From: Parasphingorhabdus sp.
GTDB taxonomy: Bacteria > Pseudomonadota > Alphaproteobacteria > Sphingomonadales > Sphingomonadaceae
Strand: one strand, 5' to 3'
DNA: 64,000 bases
Assembly: GCF_037621005.1 (NCBI RefSeq)
Contig: NZ_JASJLB010000001.1
The position numbers were made by a program, and so were the translations under genes. Every line of letters starts with the position of its first letter. The stretch's first letter is position 1. The notes beneath the pieces are model-generated. The model did no database searches. It was given only the letters and a program-made list of their open reading frames with translations, and was not told the DNA's origin. Positions 62,116 through 64,000 of the stretch are shown here, one piece after another.

Positions 62116-64000
62116 TCATTGCCTCGGCAGATACAAGGTTACCAGCGTGCCCTGACCCGGTTCGGACGTCAGGGTCAGGTCACCGCCATGGGCCCGGACC
62201 AATTGACGCGCCAATGGCAGTCCAAGGCCTCCCGATTTCTCTTTTGTTTTTTGATCGCGTGAGCGTGCGAAACTGTCAAATACCTTGGACTGCTCGCCAG
62301 CGGTCATCCCGGGGCCATCGTCGGATATGTGGATCAGAGCCTGCTTCACATTCCCGGATCCATGAATGAGCACTCTGCCCCCTTGGCCGGTATATTTGAT
62401 CGCATTGTCTACGATCTGGGAAATAGCCTGACTTAGCCGCTTCTTGTCGGCCATCGCCGATCCGAGTTTTTCGTCCAGCTGCAGTTCCATCCCGATTTCC
62501 TTGGCTGCAGCATCGTCGGAGAAATGGCCCGCTATATCCTCAATCATTTTATTCAGATTGACCTTCTCCTTGGCTATTGGCAGCGCGCCGGCTTCGCTTT
62601 GGCTCAGGTCGAGAACATTTTCGATCTGGCTCCCCAGACGTTTGACAGACTGCAGGATGGCGCGCACATATTCATGGCCGCGGTCGGTCAGCGGTCCGGC
62701 AATGCCCTGATCCAGAAGCTCCGCAAACCCGCCTATGGAAGTAAGCGGAGTGCGGAATTCGTAACTCATGTTGGACAGGAAACTGCCCTTTATCGAGTCC
62801 GCTTCGACCAGCGCCTCATTGCGTTCCCGCAGCGCCTGCTCAATCCGGTAGCTATCCGAAATGTCGAGCATGGTGAACAATGCATTGCCATCTGGCAGCG
62901 GAATGGCGGCAAATTCATACCGCCGTCCATCGGCGAAGTTAAGACGTCCGCCTTTCTGTTGGCGATCGGTCGTCGCGCTGCGCAGCATTTCGCGCACTTC
63001 CGAGATGCGCGCGGGCTGTTTCAACTGGACGGCCATTCTTTGCGTCAGTGAATCCACGCGCGGATGCTTGCCGAGATCCTCTTCATCAAGACCCCAGTTA
63101 TTTGCGAATTGATGGTTCCAGATATTCAATTTTCCATCGGCTGAAAAAACGGCGAGCGATTCAAACAGATTGTCAAAAGTCGCGGTCCTGACCCTGAGCA
63201 GGGTATCGCGGGCGCTCGCCAGTTGAACCTGTTCGGTGCGGTCTTCGAAAATTACCAGCAACCCGCCGTCCGGAGTCGGATTCGCCAGCACCCTCAGATG
63301 GGTTCCGTCGGCCAGCAGCCAGTTTTCTTCAATCGCCTTAGAGGACTGAAACCAGCCGGTTCGTTCCTCGCGCCATTCCGGAAAATCACGGACTTCCGGG
63401 ATACGATTCATTTCGCGCATACGATCCAGCACACGAGGGAATTCGGGCCGCTCCGCTATCCATTGCTGGCGCATGGAAAAAATACGCTGAAATGGAATGT
63501 TGCAGAATTTCAGCGATTTATCCGCACCGAAATGGGCCACACCGGCGGAAATCTTGTCGAGCATATCACGCTGCGATTCACCGAAACGTCGCTGCTCCCG
63601 CCGGGCGTCTTCCAGTTCCTGAATGTCAATCGCATAGCCGGCAATACCAGACCTGCCAAGCGGCACATCGACCACCTGTGTCATGCGTCGTTCGCCGCCT
63701 ACCGTTGTCGCAACGACCCGCTCAAATGGCTCGCCTTTCTCCCTTGCCCGGACAGCGGCATCTACCGGACTAAACCCGTCGATCGTTTCCACCAGTTCAA
63801 TGCCATCGGCAATTACCTGTTCACCATTTTCGGCATCGACGGCGGCAACATAGGCGCTGTTGACCAATGTCAGACGCAGGTCGGGAGACCGGTGCCACAT
63901 CGGAACCGGGGCAGCTTGGATCAAGGTGGAAAGTGCATCAAATGCCGCTCGCGCCACTTCGTTTTCATCGCGCAGTTTTGCGATTTTCCCTTCGCTGTCA
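62116..64000 (-). CDS. PAS domain-containing sensor histidine kinase (N-terminus probably beyond the right edge)
   Basis: H-box FLSNMSYEFRTPL, N-box DNAIKYT, G-boxes DDGPGM and GGLGLPLAR. The track starts it at GTG 63957. The frame stays open through 64000 (...DSEGKIAKLRDENEV...), so the true start is likely outside the window. Confidence 0.9.
   Translation of the reverse strand, partial: DSEGKIAKLRDENEVARAAFDALSTLIQAAPVPMWHRSPDLRLTLVNSAYVAAVDAENGEQVIADGIELVETIDGFSPVDAAVRAREKGEPFERVVATTVGGERRMTQVVDVPLGRSGIAGYAIDIQELEDARREQRRFGESQRDMLDKISAGVAHFGADKSLKFCNIPFQRIFSMRQQWIAERPEFPRVLDRMREMNRIPEVRDFPEWREERTGWFQSSKAIEENWLLADGTHLRVLANPTPDGGLLVIFEDRTEQVQLASARDTLLRVRTATFDNLFESLAVFSADGKLNIWNHQFANNWGLDEEDLGKHPRVDSLTQRMAVQLKQPARISEVREMLRSATTDRQQKGGRLNFADGRRYEFAAIPLPDGNALFTMLDISDSYRIEQALRERNEALVEADSIKGSFLSNMSYEFRTPLTSIGGFAELLDQGIAGPLTDRGHEYVRAILQSVKRLGSQIENVLDLSQSEAGALPIAKEKVNLNKMIEDIAGHFSDDAAAKEIGMELQLDEKLGSAMADKKRLSQAISQIVDNAIKYTGQGGRVLIHGSGNVKQALIHISDDGPGMTAGEQSKVFDSFARSRDQKTKEKSGGLGLPLARQLVRAHGGDLTLTSEPGQGTLVTLYLPRQ

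Overview
This 64 kb window is a dense chromosomal core region with about 57 protein genes and one tRNA. I saw no rRNA, CRISPR array, IS element or integrase. Gene content and order point to an alphaproteobacterium, most likely Sphingomonadales-like. That taxonomic call is inference from four things: PdhB with an N-terminal lipoyl domain, AddAB instead of RecBCD, TrmFO, and the tsaE-amgK-murU-addB-addA-trxA synteny.

Recognisable housekeeping genes:
- DNA and transcription: gyrA, dnaG, rpoD, greA, recG, mfd, addB, addA.
- Metabolism: pdhA, pdhB, eno, carA, carB, moaA, nadK, argJ, sdhE.
- Translation, secretion and other: trmFO, tyrS, tsaE, secA, trxA, ftsB.
- tRNA-Asn(GTT).

All product calls come from motifs I recognise in the supplied translations, or from my own manual translation. 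No database search was possible.

The part I consider most worth follow-up is inside the carA-carB operon. Two extra genes sit between carA and carB with no intergenic bases. One is a strongly acidic RraB-like protein (RNase-inhibitor fold). The other is a low-GC (about 44% by my hand count), net-basic 210-aa orphan that carries an R-x5-H string compatible with a HEPN RNase motif. I raise a toxin/inhibitor-like pair as a hypothesis only.

Other points of interest:
- An orphan TadE-like pseudopilin gene interrupted by one in-frame TAA. Its antisense shadow is a misleading 180-aa ORF.
- A five-gene operon of small membrane-tethered YqjD/ElaB-YqjE-YqjK-like proteins plus a DUF4170-like gene. The first protein has a histone-H1-like Lys/Ala tail.
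- A MoxR AAA+/VWA pair flanked by unknowns, including a small WYL-like protein.
- Peptidoglycan-recycling genes: a NamZ-like gene coupled to a DOMON-like gene, and amgK-murU.
- A 19-bp hairpin downstream of the tRNA.
- A catalytically degenerate GGDEF-EAL protein.
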